From Octopus vulgaris (lineage: Eukaryota), in the NCBI GenBank assembly GCA_951406725.2, contig OX597825.1:60574001-60638000 (forward strand): 64,000 nt of DNA, in the 5' to 3' direction. This document shows, one piece after another, positions 27,307-40,810 of the stretch. Position 1 is the first letter of the stretch, and the number at the start of each line of letters is the position of its first letter. Both the position numbers and the translations under genes were made by a program. The notes beneath the pieces are model-generated. The model did not search any database and was not told the DNA's origin. It saw only the letters and a list, made by a program, of their open reading frames with translations.

Positions 27307-27425
27307 CATATATGTATGTATATATTGATATAATTACTTATCTGTGTATATACATGCAAACACACTCACACACTTATATACAGGCACACATGTACGTACA
27401 TGTAAATAGATACATCATTAGATAG

Positions 27426-27456
<31 letters not shown>

Positions 27457-27508
27457 GACAGACATACAGACATACAGACAGACAGACAGATTGATAGATA
27501 GATTGATT

Positions 27509-27562
<54 letters not shown>

Positions 27563-28329
27563 CAGATAGATAGATAGAGCAGTAGGGAGACACATAAAGA
27601 AAAAATATACACTCTGATACATAAAAAATTAACGTCAATAGCAGAGAATTTTAATTCAAAATGCTTTTGTTGTTGTGAATGGAAAGAAATTGATTTTCCT
27701 CGATAATTTTGAATGTACTCTTTCAATATTTCTGAATGGTAACAATTAGACAGCAGAGGTTAGAATTAAATGCACTTTGTTGAGCTTATCACCTTGCACT
27801 TGTTTCTTAATAAAATATATAACAATATTCACAAGCATATTATGTACATACATACATACAAAAATACATACATACATATACACATTCATACATACACGCA
27901 CATCATATATGTGTGTGTATGAGAGTGCGTGTCTGCGTATGAATTAAAACAAACGGGAGTATTTGTTCATAAATTGCTTACATGACCCAACTAGGTTTAT
28001 GAAAAATATTCTGCTATTTTCTTTGGCTTTCTGTATGCACTCTAAGTTGTGACCAACTTTAGAGTGCAACGAAAGGCAATTCTGCAGAATGTGCCTTCAG
28101 ATATATGCAAATGCGCATGGAACTCTAAACACTCGCTGTTTGTCGAGCACATTAAATTTAAATAGCAATGCATTTTTGAGTGTGACGAAAAGTAACGTGA
28201 TATCTATCATAAGTGGCGCGATTTTTTCAACGGAGTTAGTTGATATATATGCTTCGGATGTAACGGTGTATACTTTTGATCTTTAATTACCTAACTTTGA
28301 CAGTTTGAATAAATGAGCCGACATCAAAA

Positions 28330-29350
28330 TGACTGCCCTGCTGGAAGCCCGACAGATGTAAAGGAAAGTAATTGAGTTTTTTGTTGCCTTAGGAGAGATT
28401 CCGGTAAACATTCAAAAAATCTGAAGCGTGCTTACAAAAATAAAGCTTTAGACTTGCAATGTGTGGAGATGAGTGAGCGGTCTGAATGAGAATTCAAGAA
28501 AACAAAACGAATTGGATAATTCAACCTTAGCAGACATACCATGTAGTGAACGCCTGTCAACTTGTGTTAACACTGCCAGCAAAGAAAAAGCAGACGCTTT
28601 TGAGCTGGTAATCATATAACTAACTATAAGCTGATACCAGAAACTGTAGTTAGCCATGAAAATGTTCATGATAATATCGAGCCACGTGTAATTTCAAAAG
28701 ATTGTGCTTTCTGGATACCGAACCAACTCAGAGATGATAAGAGACCAGAAAGTGTTAATTGTTGCACCGAACACTTTGAACTCAATGAAAAAGACAACGC
28801 CATCTTTCAAAGGCTCATAAGTGGTGCTGAATCTTGGATTCAGCTATGAACAAAAACCAAAAAGACAATCAATGGAATGGTGCCATCAGACGTATTCAAA
28901 TACAAAGGATTTCAAAGCAGCTGCAAAAATCTTGGTGACTATCTTTTGAATGCTCAAGGTTCTATGTCAATTTGGTGTCAAGTGGTGAATTGTCAACTCT
29001 GAAGCATGCACTAAGAACACCTTTAAAAGTATTAAAGCAAGAACTGCCGAGTAAGACTTAATTTGGAGATGAAGAATGGCCCTCTTGAAACGGCAAAGGC
29101 TTCACTCAAGTCTCTTAACAAGGGAAGCAATCACCTCACTCGCGTGTCGCATCCTCCCTAAGACTTCCTTCTCTTTGGTCTCATAAAAGAGGAGCTGAGC
29201 TGCAAACATTATGCTTGCGGAGAAGTGAAAAATGCTGTTAGTTGTTGGCTAAATAAGCAGCCACCTGACATTTACGAAGCTGGGATACATGCCCTCATTC
29301 GTATGTAGAACACTGCCATTAAAAGAAGTGATGACTATGCTGAGAACTAG
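28330..29350 (+). pseudogene. Decayed mariner (DD34D-type) transposase
   Basis: Fragments CAFWIP (WVP motif), SGAESWI (TGDESW), PKRQSMEWCH, HPP*DFLLFGLIKEEL, YEAGIHALI...DDYAEN*. Confidence 0.85.
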
Positions 29351-29689
29351 GGATCTGAATCTGTAATATATAGCTATATTTTGGTGTAAGATATGTTCGA
29401 TTGTGTTCCTTATTGTTCTTTTTTTTAATATAAAAGGAATTGCATAACATTTGGACTAACCTTCGTATTTGCGTGCATACATACACACACACACGCACAC
29501 GCACGCACCATACTAGCACACATACATTCACGCACACATACATACACGCACACAAATTTGCAGTTAGGACTTCGATTTACCGGAATTTTGGTCCCCAACT
29601 CTTTCACGATTATTGATTTTTCTAACCAGGGGTGATCACCTTGGCCAGCATACTCTAAATTTAACAAATATTAAATGATTAAATAATTG

Positions 29690-29935
29690 CAGCGTGGAAG
29701 GTGTTTATAAGCCATTTAAGAAACACACAAAAACCGTTAAATTCACTTCAACATTTAAATTTAATTTCCCAAAATTTTTTTATCGCTTTCAGACCGCGAC
29801 CTGTTCACTGACAAAACTTCGTGCTGCTTCTGAATGCAGCACGGAATTTTGTCTTATAAACATTTTGCATGCTGCAATTGTTTTCGTTCCAGCGATCTCA
29901 GATCAGGTCACTTGCTATGCAAGTACATCTCCTTA
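29690..29935 (-). repeat. Structured interspersed repeat with a decayed hammerhead-like motif and a strong hairpin
   Basis: Minus strand ttgtca-GTGAACA-g-gtcgc..gcgat; plus-strand hairpin gacaaaacttcgtgctgc / gcagcacggaattttgtc. Confidence 0.45.
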
Positions 29936-30648
29936 AAAATACTTAAATGAACAAGTGTTACTTGTACATTAGAGAAAATCAATGCAGATTATACAAGGTT
30001 CCCGGTCATAGTGTCTGGAAATTCGGTGTTTCAAGCGTGCATGATATAAATAAATGAAAATAACAGTCAAGCTACATACTAGTCATAATTCAAACATGCT
30101 CTCTTCTATTTCACGCGCATTTTTATGCTCTTCCGTTGCTACTTTTTATCCTATTTCCCTGTTATCTAATTTGTCTACCCTGAACGATCTTGATAACACT
30201 TATTTTGACATTAATTAAATTCTTCTTCCGAACAGGTTCACTTCTTTCTATCACTTCCGCACAATAACTTCTAGGAATTTCCTCTCTTTCATTCTAGCGC
30301 CATATACCTTCACTTATATCCTATTAGTAATTGAATCCTTTATTTTCCTCTTATGCGTCTTATTTTCCCTCTGTCATTTTTCTGGCTGTTAGTTTTCTTT
30401 CTGTTTCTACAAAGTAAATAGTAATTTAACTATATACATGTGTGCATGTAAACAAGAAAACACAGAAAAAAACACATCAACGCGAGGACGTGGAACAATT
30501 AAAGTATTATTTGACGCTCAGGAAAGAAGGGAAGGAGGGTTTAACGTTTTGAGCGGAGCTCTTCGTCGGAAACAAAGGAGAAGGAAAGATCCCGAGAAGG
30601 GAAGACAGAGGAAAAATATTTTTTTTTTGCTGGTGGTGCTCAAGAGAT

Positions 30649-30693
<45 letters not shown>

Positions 30694-30777
30694 GTGTGAG
30701 TATGTAATAATAACAATGATATAGGTAGTTGCAGGCATTAAATAGTTGTAGATAGTTATAGAATTATAGCTTATATT

Positions 30778-31313
30778 TATCAAAAGGGCACACGAGGTGC
30801 TAACCTGCTAGAAATAGGAGTTAAAACCCCAAGTAAACCACAAATAACACTGACAAATACAGCAGGAAACAACATTATCGGGCGAACGGGTAAAGAATTT
30901 AGACGTACCTTCACAGCTAAATGCTATATCTTCTGTTACCACATCTGATAATAACAATAATAATATTTATAAAAATATTCGCATTTGAATATTTACTCCT
31001 TATAAAAATATTTACACTGAAGCTGTTCTGATTTTGGCGCCAAACACTTCAGAACGCCGGCAGACTTCAACGTGACGAGTTTGAATATGTTCACTTGGTA
31101 AATATTGTTGATGAGAGTTGAGGGTTTTTCGCCAGAACTCGAAATCATGATACAAGAGTATCCAAAATATGGCATTTAGCTGTGATGGTATGTCTAAAGT
31201 CTTCACCCGTTCGCCCGAATACTGTTGTCTCCTGCTATATTTTTCAATGTTATTGGTAGTTTACTTAGGGGTTTTAAGTCCTATTTCTATCAGGTACTCG
31301 CCTCGTGCACCCT

Positions 31314-31320
<7 letters not shown>
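30778..31320. mobile_element. Foldback element (~150-bp imperfect inverted arms) with internal hammerhead-like motif; Penelope pLTR-like
   Basis: Arms ~30778-30930 and ~31167-31320 are reverse complements; right end abuts (TA)n. Confidence 0.75.
31105..31155 (+). ncRNA. Type I hammerhead ribozyme-like motif (C3U variant)
   Basis: ttg-TTGATGA-gagtt..aactc-GAAA-tcatga-TA-caa: stems I and II plus palindromic stem III. Confidence 0.6.
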
Positions 31321-31350
<30 letters not shown>

Positions 31351-31353
<3 letters not shown>

Positions 31354-31851
31354 AAAAAAGTCAGGATAGAAAATGCTAATATAATTTTATAAAAAAAAAT
31401 TACCGGTTTCAGTTATTCAGACTTTTTCAACTGTAAGTATGGAAAATAATTAAATTTTGGAAAAATTAAAAGAAAAGTTTTTCAAAAGAATATTTGCATA
31501 GTGTCCAAATACAAGTGCCATTTTCATAGTTTCTGCCTGTTTTTCTCTCTCTATCTCTCTCTCTCTCTCTCTCGTTGTGAATTCTTGGTAGAGATTCTTC
31601 CCTACCAAGAATTCCCAACGACCTCGAACCCACAAAAGTAAACAAGTGAGAGAGAGAGGGAAACAGCCAGAAACAAGGAAAATGCCACTTGTATTTGCAC
31701 ACTGTGCAAATATTCTTTTAAAAAACTTTTCTTTTAATTTTTCCAAAATTTAATTATTTTCCATACAGTTCATAAAGTCTCAATGACTCAAACCGGTACT
31801 GAAATTTTTTTATAAAATTATTTTAGCATTTTCTATCTTGACTTTTTTCCA
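31351..31851. mobile_element. Foldback element (~200-bp inverted arms, central hairpin) in a TA context; each arm has a hammerhead-like motif
   Basis: Arms ~31351-31570 and ~31648-31851; central 13-bp stem gaattcttggtag/ctaccaagaattc. Confidence 0.8.
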
Positions 31852-32438
31852 TATATATCAACTTGTGTGTTCCTTTTCAACCTTCGACACACACATACAC
31901 ACACACACACTCACACACACACACATACATATATGATGTGTATATGTTTATATATATTGATAATGGTATTTCTATATAATCTTAAAAGTTTATGGCGATC
32001 ACCGTGCAATGACTAAGAAAAATAGTCTAATAAAGTGGTATATATGCCTTCGCAAAAAAGAACGCTTTTCTATCCGCGTTCGAAAGCATATATATATACT
32101 TACATATGCATACACGCATAGACCTATGTAGACATATGAAAATTACATGCATTCTTTAATAAAAAAAGGTGAGTGAACTCTAAAACAATTATTTAGAATG
32201 AGAATTGTACATTAATATATTTGTACCGAACAAACATTACTGAAAATTACATCTTGAAGTAATTAAATGCAGTTTTGTTTTAACAACTAGAAATGAATGA
32301 TTTCAAACGATGTGTGTGTGTGTGTGTGTGCGTGCGTGTGTGTGTGTGTATTTCCAGCTTTGAACTCTGTCTCTTTCTACCCACCATGTTTACAAGTTTT
32401 CCTCAATTTATATTTCTAAAATGCTAATGAGAGTAATC

Positions 32439-32501
<63 letters not shown>

Positions 32502-32510
32502 GTGTGTGTG

Positions 32511-32555
<45 letters not shown>

Positions 32556-33579
32556 GATTTATAAAAGAAATTTAGATTTTACTTTAATAGTATTTATCAG
32601 GATTTAAGGAGATTAAAATGTAAGAAATTCAGTCTCAGTAAAATAATTCAATTCGGAAACACCCTTCAGAGTTTTACTAAAAAATATAAAGCAAACGTTA
32701 CGTATAATACATTTCATCGAATAATGTTTGTATTTCGCATCACTCGCCACATTAAATTTCGCATATTATTATTTATTTTTCGTATGGAATGCCATTAAAA
32801 AGCACGTAGTCTATTCAGCTATGAAGACATTTAACAGTTTCAAAGAATGGCGATTAATGTATGTTGCTGCGATATCCAGTAAGAATGAGCTAAAACAGTG
32901 AAAATAAGAATTTGTTGATAAATTGATAGATTGATTATATATGATTGATAGATAACTTAATAAATTGACTGAGTGATTGATCGCTTGGTTCATTGATTGA
33001 ACGTGTGTATATAATGTAATTAATAATTACTGAAGAGAGAAAGAGGGTGTGGAATTTGGGAAGCAGAAAACATTTAAACTGGGTTAGATAAAACTACACA
33101 AATGTAAATGGAGATATTGAGATGATAGCTAATATGTCATGAATGCAATGGGAAATTAATACAAAGTATGTTTGTAAAGATTTTTAACGATAGAGAAGAA
33201 ATTGTGACAAGCAGAAAGTTCATAATGGGAGAGCGTATGTGCTATGAAAGAAAGAAAGACATAGAGAATAGATATATAAACTAAGTGCTGAGGAGCAATG
33301 TTGTAAAACTCATATAGTAACACAAAACTGAAGTTGTATTACATTGACTTGATAAATGCGTCATGAAATATACGGACATCTGAGATACATTAAGAGATAG
33401 GTAGTGAGAAAGATATCCAGACATGCAGACAGACACGCAGAGATATTTACATGAATAGCTAAACTTAAGATTCTGAGATAAATATTTGTACACACACACA
33501 TTCACAAAAAACACATTCATATATGTATATAGAAAGATGCATATATATCTATATATACATATACGATATATATGGATAT

Positions 33580-33584
33580 ATCTC

Positions 33585-33663
<79 letters not shown>

Positions 33664-33705
33664 CTCTATCTATCTATCTATTTATCTATCTATCTACCTA
33701 CCTAC

Positions 33706-33749
<44 letters not shown>

Positions 33750-33770
33750 GTATATATATATATATATATA
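33580..33770. repeat. (TCTA)n/(TA)n microsatellite
   Basis: Direct repeat. Confidence 0.95.
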
Positions 33771-34757
33771 TAACAAATACGGAGAATTATGCTCCTTATA
33801 TAGCACAACTATTTAGTGTTAAAATATACATAAAAACATACATACATATATGTATGTATATATGCATGTATATATGTATATATATACATACATATATGTA
33901 TGTATATATGTATGTATATATGTATGTATGAATATATGCACCATACGTATTCCTCGCTTTCGGCACAAAGGGATACCCTGTGCCTTTGTCGATGCTTTGC
34001 ATATTCTAGATAATTAAACATCAAAGAATATTGCGAAAATAAAAATGGTGCAGAAAATAAAGAGTACCTACGTAGCCTTTATAGAGTGCTTATGTTACAG
34101 TGTAAGAAGTGATAGGAAGGAAAATGAATAAAGCATTGCTGAAAAAGTATATGACAATTCTGGATCTCAGGAGTAGGTAGAGAGACCTGCGTGATTACGC
34201 TGCCATCTTTTATATAATATGAAATTATAGGATTGTGTCACGAAGACAAAAAAAATGAAAGCGAAAATGACATAATATCCGTCTGCTGGATTAGTAACTA
34301 AACATACCGAAATATATGTGATTATCCGTATAATGTGATTATCCGTATAAAGACATTATATAATCAGATTATCATTTTACCTTCTTCATGCTATGCAGAT
34401 TATAACCTGTAACTGTTTTATTGAATATTGTAAGAATTATCCTAACCACTGTAATGCATTGATGAGATTCAACAGCCGTCATTATACAGCGCTACACATA
34501 TTTGCATAAATTACATAACAGATGGTAAATGTGACTAAGTAATATTTCATGCATATACACTGCATATACCTTGAATTCTCCTTACATACTTTACTTTCCA
34601 TTTCCTCACGTAGAACAATTTTAAATTAATGTACATAATAAATGTTACCAACAGCGTACTGAATAATACATTATATATTGTTAGAAATATAAGTATATTT
34701 CTGCATCTCTCAATTTCTCGTTCCTTTACTCTTTCAGTTGTTACACACACACACACA

Positions 34758-34912
<155 letters not shown>

Positions 34913-35259
34913 GCGTGTTTGTGAGTGTTTTGAGAGAGAAGGGGAGAGAAGGAAAGAGAGAGAAAGTGAGAGGGAGGGAGATTAAGGCAAATGCTAAGAT
35001 ATGCATATGTTATAAACCATATGTAGCTGTCTCAATACTTTGTAAGATTAAGTTTCCACTAACTCTCCATTTGTCTATCATGTTATGTTATGCACACTTT
35101 GTGATTCTATACAAGGAGTTAGGTCTTAGTCTGGCCATGTTTATGTCTCCTTTTTAAAGGAAAAGCTTTAAGTTGGTGAATATTATGATTAAACGTTGTA
35201 GTTCAGAATAATAATTTGACTTGGATGACTGGAATCCATTTGATTATTGGAAAGGAGCT

Positions 35260-36278
35260 ACCAGTATCATGATCATTGGTGCTGGGTATCGAAATTCCGA
35301 CATAATAATCCCCGTTCAATTCTTTGCGAACAGTATGAAGGCGGTACGACGTGACGTGGGTAGTTGCCACGAAGATTACGAAGCTGTGACTGGCAGGAAA
35401 GGATATGTTAGACGTTCCAACTGCATCAACACGCCGGAATTCATACCAACATATTTGAACAGTGCCTTAGGCTCAGTTCAGATGGTTATGTGAAGCTGCT
35501 GGATAACATAATCAATGTCTGGTTAAAGAGTGTTGCTGTTCAAGAATTTATAATTGGCAGCAGAATTCAGCACCTGGTCCATTCCTCCGGAAAGAATCAG
35601 GTGTGCTTCTCAGAGTATTTCTTATTTCTTTATTGCCCACAAGGGGCTAAACATAGATGGGACAAACAAGGACAGACAAAGGGATTAAGTCGGTTACATC
35701 GACCCCGGTGCGTAACTGGTACTTAATTTATCGACCCCGAAAGGATGAAAGGCAAAGTCTACATCGGCGGAATTTGAACTCACAACGTAAAGACACACGA
35801 AATACCTATTTCTTTACTACCCACAAGGGTCTAAACACAGAGAGAACCAAAAAGGACAGACAAACGGATTAAGTCGATTACATCGACCCTAGTGCGTAAT
35901 TCGTACTTATTTAATCGACCCCGAAAGGATGAAAGGCAAAGTCGACCTCGGCGGAATTTGTACTCAAAACGTAACGGCAGACGAAATACCGTAAATCATT
36001 TCGCCCGGCGCGCTAACATTTCTGCCAGCTCGCCTGCCTTCTCAGAGTATTTCTACGAGTTCACCAGCCCCAATTTCCTCGATTTTAATCCCGTGTATTG
36101 CTATTATGGGATGTGGCTGAGAAAGACACTAATAGCTGTACATGCAACACCAAGGCAGAACTGGTGGTCAAGATAAAGATCTTCCAGAATTTTCCCGGAG
36201 ACCCAGTGAGGAATGTACGAGCAAGGTCCGAGTCATCTTGAGGCCTTGATGAAGGTTGAGGGTAGCTACTTAGAGTAA
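35260..36278 (+). pseudogene. Decayed Tc1/maT-like transposase C-terminal part, interrupted by a SINE dimer
   Basis: EFTSPNF-LDFNPVY (WPPxSPDLNP remnant), AEKDTN, SHLEALMKVEGSYLE*. Confidence 0.6.
35623..36037 (-). mobile_element. SINE family B dimer (full unit 35807-36037 plus headless unit 35623-35806)
   Basis: Two tandem bodies and tails; one 17-bp TSD cttctcagagtatttct at 35606-35622 and 36038-36054. Confidence 0.9.
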
Positions 36279-36920
36279 ATTGTTATCCTTCAGCAACAAT
36301 CTATTTGATATTTTTAAATTTTGTTTTTAAATACCTGTAGGTTTGGCTGGAATATTGTTTTCATTCCTTTTTATGTAAACCGTGAAATTTATCCCGAGCA
36401 AATGGCATATAGTTATACGTGTGTATGTCTGTGCTTTTGTGTGTGTGTGTCTGTGTGTCTACGCTCTTTGACTATATATATATTTATGTGTGTGTGTGTG
36501 TGTGTGTTAAAGAGACAGAAAGAAAGAGAGAGAGAAAGACAGGAAGAAAGAGAAAGAGTAGTATATGGTAAATTTATTTATTAATGTACATAATTGAAAA
36601 GCTAGTTACTCATGCTTCGACATGAATACGTATTTCTCTTGAGATGGTGTTTTAAAGAGCATATTGGGTAATGTAGCTTTAGACGCACATACCATGAATG
36701 ACACCTCTATGATGACAGGTCATACCTGGCTAAACATAAGTCACCAAGACGTCATATTTGTATATTTTGAACATACATATAATTATTTACCGTGTTTCTT
36801 GTGCATAGATTATAAAATAACTGCATATTATTCACGTCTTCAGGCAAGTCACCTAAGAATTCCGCGTTTACATTACGCATGGTAAATATTTTTCACGTAG
36901 CTACAATAATGTAATATATA

Positions 36921-37183
36921 TAGAAAAACAAATAAATACGCCCTTTTAAAGCCTAGCCAGGCTCATGGGCCCGGTTTCTCGGTTTCAATGGCGTATGTGC
37001 TCCCCGCTGGACGGGATGCCAGTCCATTGCAGCGTTACTCATTTTTGCCAGCTGAGTGGACTGGAGTAACGTAAAATGAAGTGTTTTGCTCAGGAACACA
37101 ACGCATCGCCCGGTCCAGGAATCGAAACCTCAATCTTACGATTATGATGCTGATACCCTAACCATTAAGCGACGCGCCTCCAC
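36921..37183 (-). mobile_element. SINE head type D (OR2/CORE-like), tail type 1
   Basis: 13-bp TSD aatgtaatatata at 36908-36920 and 37184-37196. Confidence 0.9.
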
Positions 37184-38529
37184 AATGTAATATATACGTG
37201 ACCAATATCTCATTTTACTTAGTCGTTTAATTAATATTTCAATGGAGCTAATTCTGAATTTAGTGAAGACCCCATTTTAGTTAATATCACATGATGTTTT
37301 AAAGAACCTTTTACTTGCGATATGCGCCTAATCGACCAAGTATTCGTTTCAAGTAAAACCTTATCCACATTCGCCTTGAAACGTATCGTGTTATAGATCG
37401 TTGGCAAATTTGGTTCCCGTTGGATGAACAAATTCCTCCGATGGAAATAGTAACTTATTAAATAGTGTCGTCACTTGAGCGAAGTTTTAAAGTATACAAA
37501 CGTCACTAAGAAGGTAAGGGAATCAACGGTATAGGGGACAATTTGGGTTAGGTAGGGTGTAAAGTATTATCTACGGAGGAAGCCTACTAACACGTCTACG
37601 TCAAATGTCTCTATTCTCACAACATTTCTAATATAAATCATTAGAGGTAGGTGATTCGGTGACAACTTGACTGAAATAACGAACTCCTAAAGTTATCTCC
37701 TCTACAGGCATATTTATAAATGTCACGAAAAATATTTCTACGGAATTTGTATTTCTTGTAAGTTATTTTTTTCTTCCGAATATACCTAAACGGTGTAAAA
37801 ACTTGAAAGCATATAACGTTAACGTTAGCAGTATTTTTCAAGTCAAAATGGCTCAAAGTATTAAGGTCAACAACTAATACCATCAGGATTGTTCAACCAA
37901 CCCAATATACTCACGGTTGTCGAAATCGATCATCGAGTAGCTAGTTACTTGCTGAAACTAATCTGTCTTTCCTAAAGCATGATGAATGGAGCTTGACTCA
38001 TTTCACTAGAAAATAAACAAAAGAATTATTAATGATTTACCAGCAAAGACTACAAAGAAATATATAAACAGTATCTTCAATCCCGTTAGCGCATGATGAA
38101 AACCCTTTATTATAAAATATTGTGGTTACTTCGCAACCTAGAGCCTGGTTTCCCAATTATAATCTAAAACGTGGCCAATAGAAACACAATTGAAGTCGCA
38201 TCACAGACAAATAAGAATGATATTTCGGCCTATGTCGTGTGCTGTTGTCCGCATGAATTATGATGTAACTGAATTCAGCTAAAACGATCCAGTTCTACCT
38301 GTGGCTAATAAAAAGTTGATGATGAAGCAGGGTGCGTCGAAGGACGCGAAAGTATGAACGGTTTACTAATGGTTTCTTTCCGATAAGCAGATGTTCTAAC
38401 TGCACCACAGATATTACCAATTCTCCATAGAGTACTGAGTACCATTTCCCCGTCTGTACACACACACAGTTGAGTTGAATGACACTTGACCATAGAATAC
38501 AATTTCAACAATGTCGGATAATACCATGT

Positions 38530-38810
38530 CTTTCTTTTTTCTTTCGTTCTTTCTTTTCCCTTCCTTTATTCTTTGTTTCTTTTCTCGTTGTATCTTTTCT
38601 CTTTATTTTCTCTTTCTTTCTTTCTCTTTCCTTTCTTTCATTCATTCCTTCTTTTAATTTCTCTTTGTTCTTTCTTTTTCTGTTTCTTCTTCTTTCTTTC
38701 CTTTTCTTTTTTTCTTCCTGTCTTCCGTCCTTTCTTCTTTATTTCTTCTCTTCTTCCTTCCTGTCTTTTTTCTTTCTTTCTTCCTTCTTGTCTCTTTTCT
38801 TTCTTTCTTC
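38530..38810. repeat. Polypyrimidine (TTTC/TTC) low-complexity tract
   Basis: Direct composition. Confidence 0.9.
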
Positions 38811-39144
38811 CACGTTCATCTCTCTAACGAAGTCTCCCAAAATTCATCACTCACACATCCTTACACAAGCATACACACACATGTACGCATACACACACAC
38901 ACACATACACACACACACACGTACACACACACATAGCTTTAAAATAACAAACAAATATACTCTTCCCAGTTCAACTCCAGATTTTTCCAACTGGCTCTCA
39001 CATATCTCCATAAAAGGCATAAATGTTCTGTAAAATATCATTCCTAATGACAATCTGAAACTAGATTAAAGTATTAAATATATAATTATCCAAAATCCTG
39101 ACTACTTCCTTTTTCATACTATATAAAATCTATACACAACTTTA

Positions 39145-39186
<42 letters not shown>

Positions 39187-39771
39187 GCACATATATACAT
39201 ATATATATATTTATATATTTATATATATATATTTATATTTATATAATTATATTTATATTTATATAATATATATATACATATATATATATATAATTACATA
39301 TATACATACAGGGAAACAGAAGAGAGAAATGAGAGTGAAAACTTGAGAAGAAAGGTAGTTAGAAGGCATGAGTGTATGTATGAGAGTGTGCGACAGAGAT
39401 AGAGTGAATAATAATGAATGTGAGTGTGAAAGAAATAGACATTAAAAGAGACAAAGAGAAAGAATGTGGTGGAAAAACGGTAAAAAGCAACGAAAATCTA
39501 AGCAAGCTGTCCTCAACACGATTTAGAAAACTTAGAGATTTAATTAGCCTGGAAATGACAGCTAGCACACATTTCACGCAAAGACATGAATAAATATTCG
39601 GCAGAAATAGAAATAAATACGGTAAAAATAAAACTATAGCGAAATAAATAAAGGAATTATTACACGAATTTCTAAGGAATAAAATTATCAAATGCATAGC
39701 AAACACAAGTTACAAATATAAGAAGGTGAATTTTTTTAGGTTCATGTCTGTATGAGCGTACGGCTATGTGT

Positions 39772-40049
39772 GCATACGAGTGTATGTGTTGTTACTTTTG
39801 TAGTTGTATCTTTGAAGGTATATGCGTATATGCTATTATGCGTGTCTCAGTTTTTATTCACAAACACACGTATATATACATACGCACATACATACACACA
39901 CGCAAGCATATGAGTGTATGTGTTGTTACTTTTGTAGTTGTATCTTTGAAGGTATATGCGTATATGCTATTATGCGTGTCTTAGTTTTTATTCACAAACA
40001 CACACGTATATATACATACGCACATATATACATACATACACACACGCAA
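39772..40049. repeat. Tandem duplication of a ~135-140 bp unit
   Basis: gagtgtatgtgttgttacttttgtagttgtatctttgaagg... occurs twice in tandem, nearly identical. Confidence 0.9.
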
Positions 40050-40369
40050 GCACGCACATATTCATATACTGACATTAACTGTACGTTATATGAATTAGTG
40101 TTTGGGTGAACAAAAGTAGGCTTACGGAAAAGACAGAGAATAGATTTAAGAAAAAAGGTTGACAGAATGTCACACACACAATGATATTCATACATATTAT
40201 TGAAATGTACTCACAGACATGTATATTTACGTATACATACAGGCACATGCATGTGTGTATAGGTTTAGTAGAAGAAACAGAAAAAATAGAATTCTATACA
40301 TGAGTATATATATTTTTCTATTTTTAATCGACAAGATGTTTTAAGTGACTGAAATGCGAAATACATACA

Positions 40370-40412
<43 letters not shown>

Positions 40413-40416
<4 letters not shown>

Positions 40417-40810
40417 TATATAAAATCAGTTCTGTCTGTCTGTGTGTCTTCTCGGATCTCGGGTATCCTCCATCCGATTGCACTCAAATTTGATATGTAG
40501 ATACCTATCTCTTTAGTACCCACAAGGGACTAAACACAGAGGGGACAAACAGGGACAGACAAACGGATTAAGTCGATTGCATTGTCCCCAGTGCGTAACT
40601 GGTACTTAGTTTATCGACCCCGAAAGGATGAAAGGCAAAGTTGACCTCGGCGGAATTTGAACTCAGAACGTAACCGCAAACGAAATACGGCTACGCATTT
40701 CGCCCGGCGTGCTAAAGTTTCTGCCAGCGATATCAGGGCGTGTATAAGTCTTGAAAATTACAAAAATCGATTCCAGGTGAGAATGCGATCGATAAAGCCG
40801 TTTTTGCCTT
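40413..40810 (+). mobile_element. 5' part of a non-autonomous Helitron-like repeat, interrupted by a family B SINE
   Basis: Starts TC-ttatataaaa then (gtct)n after (TA)n; ccgattgcactcaaatttg motif resembles 44913-45439. Confidence 0.5.
40506..40728 (-). mobile_element. SINE family B, Tx1-like tail
   Basis: Homology to 6939-7168. Confidence 0.88.
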
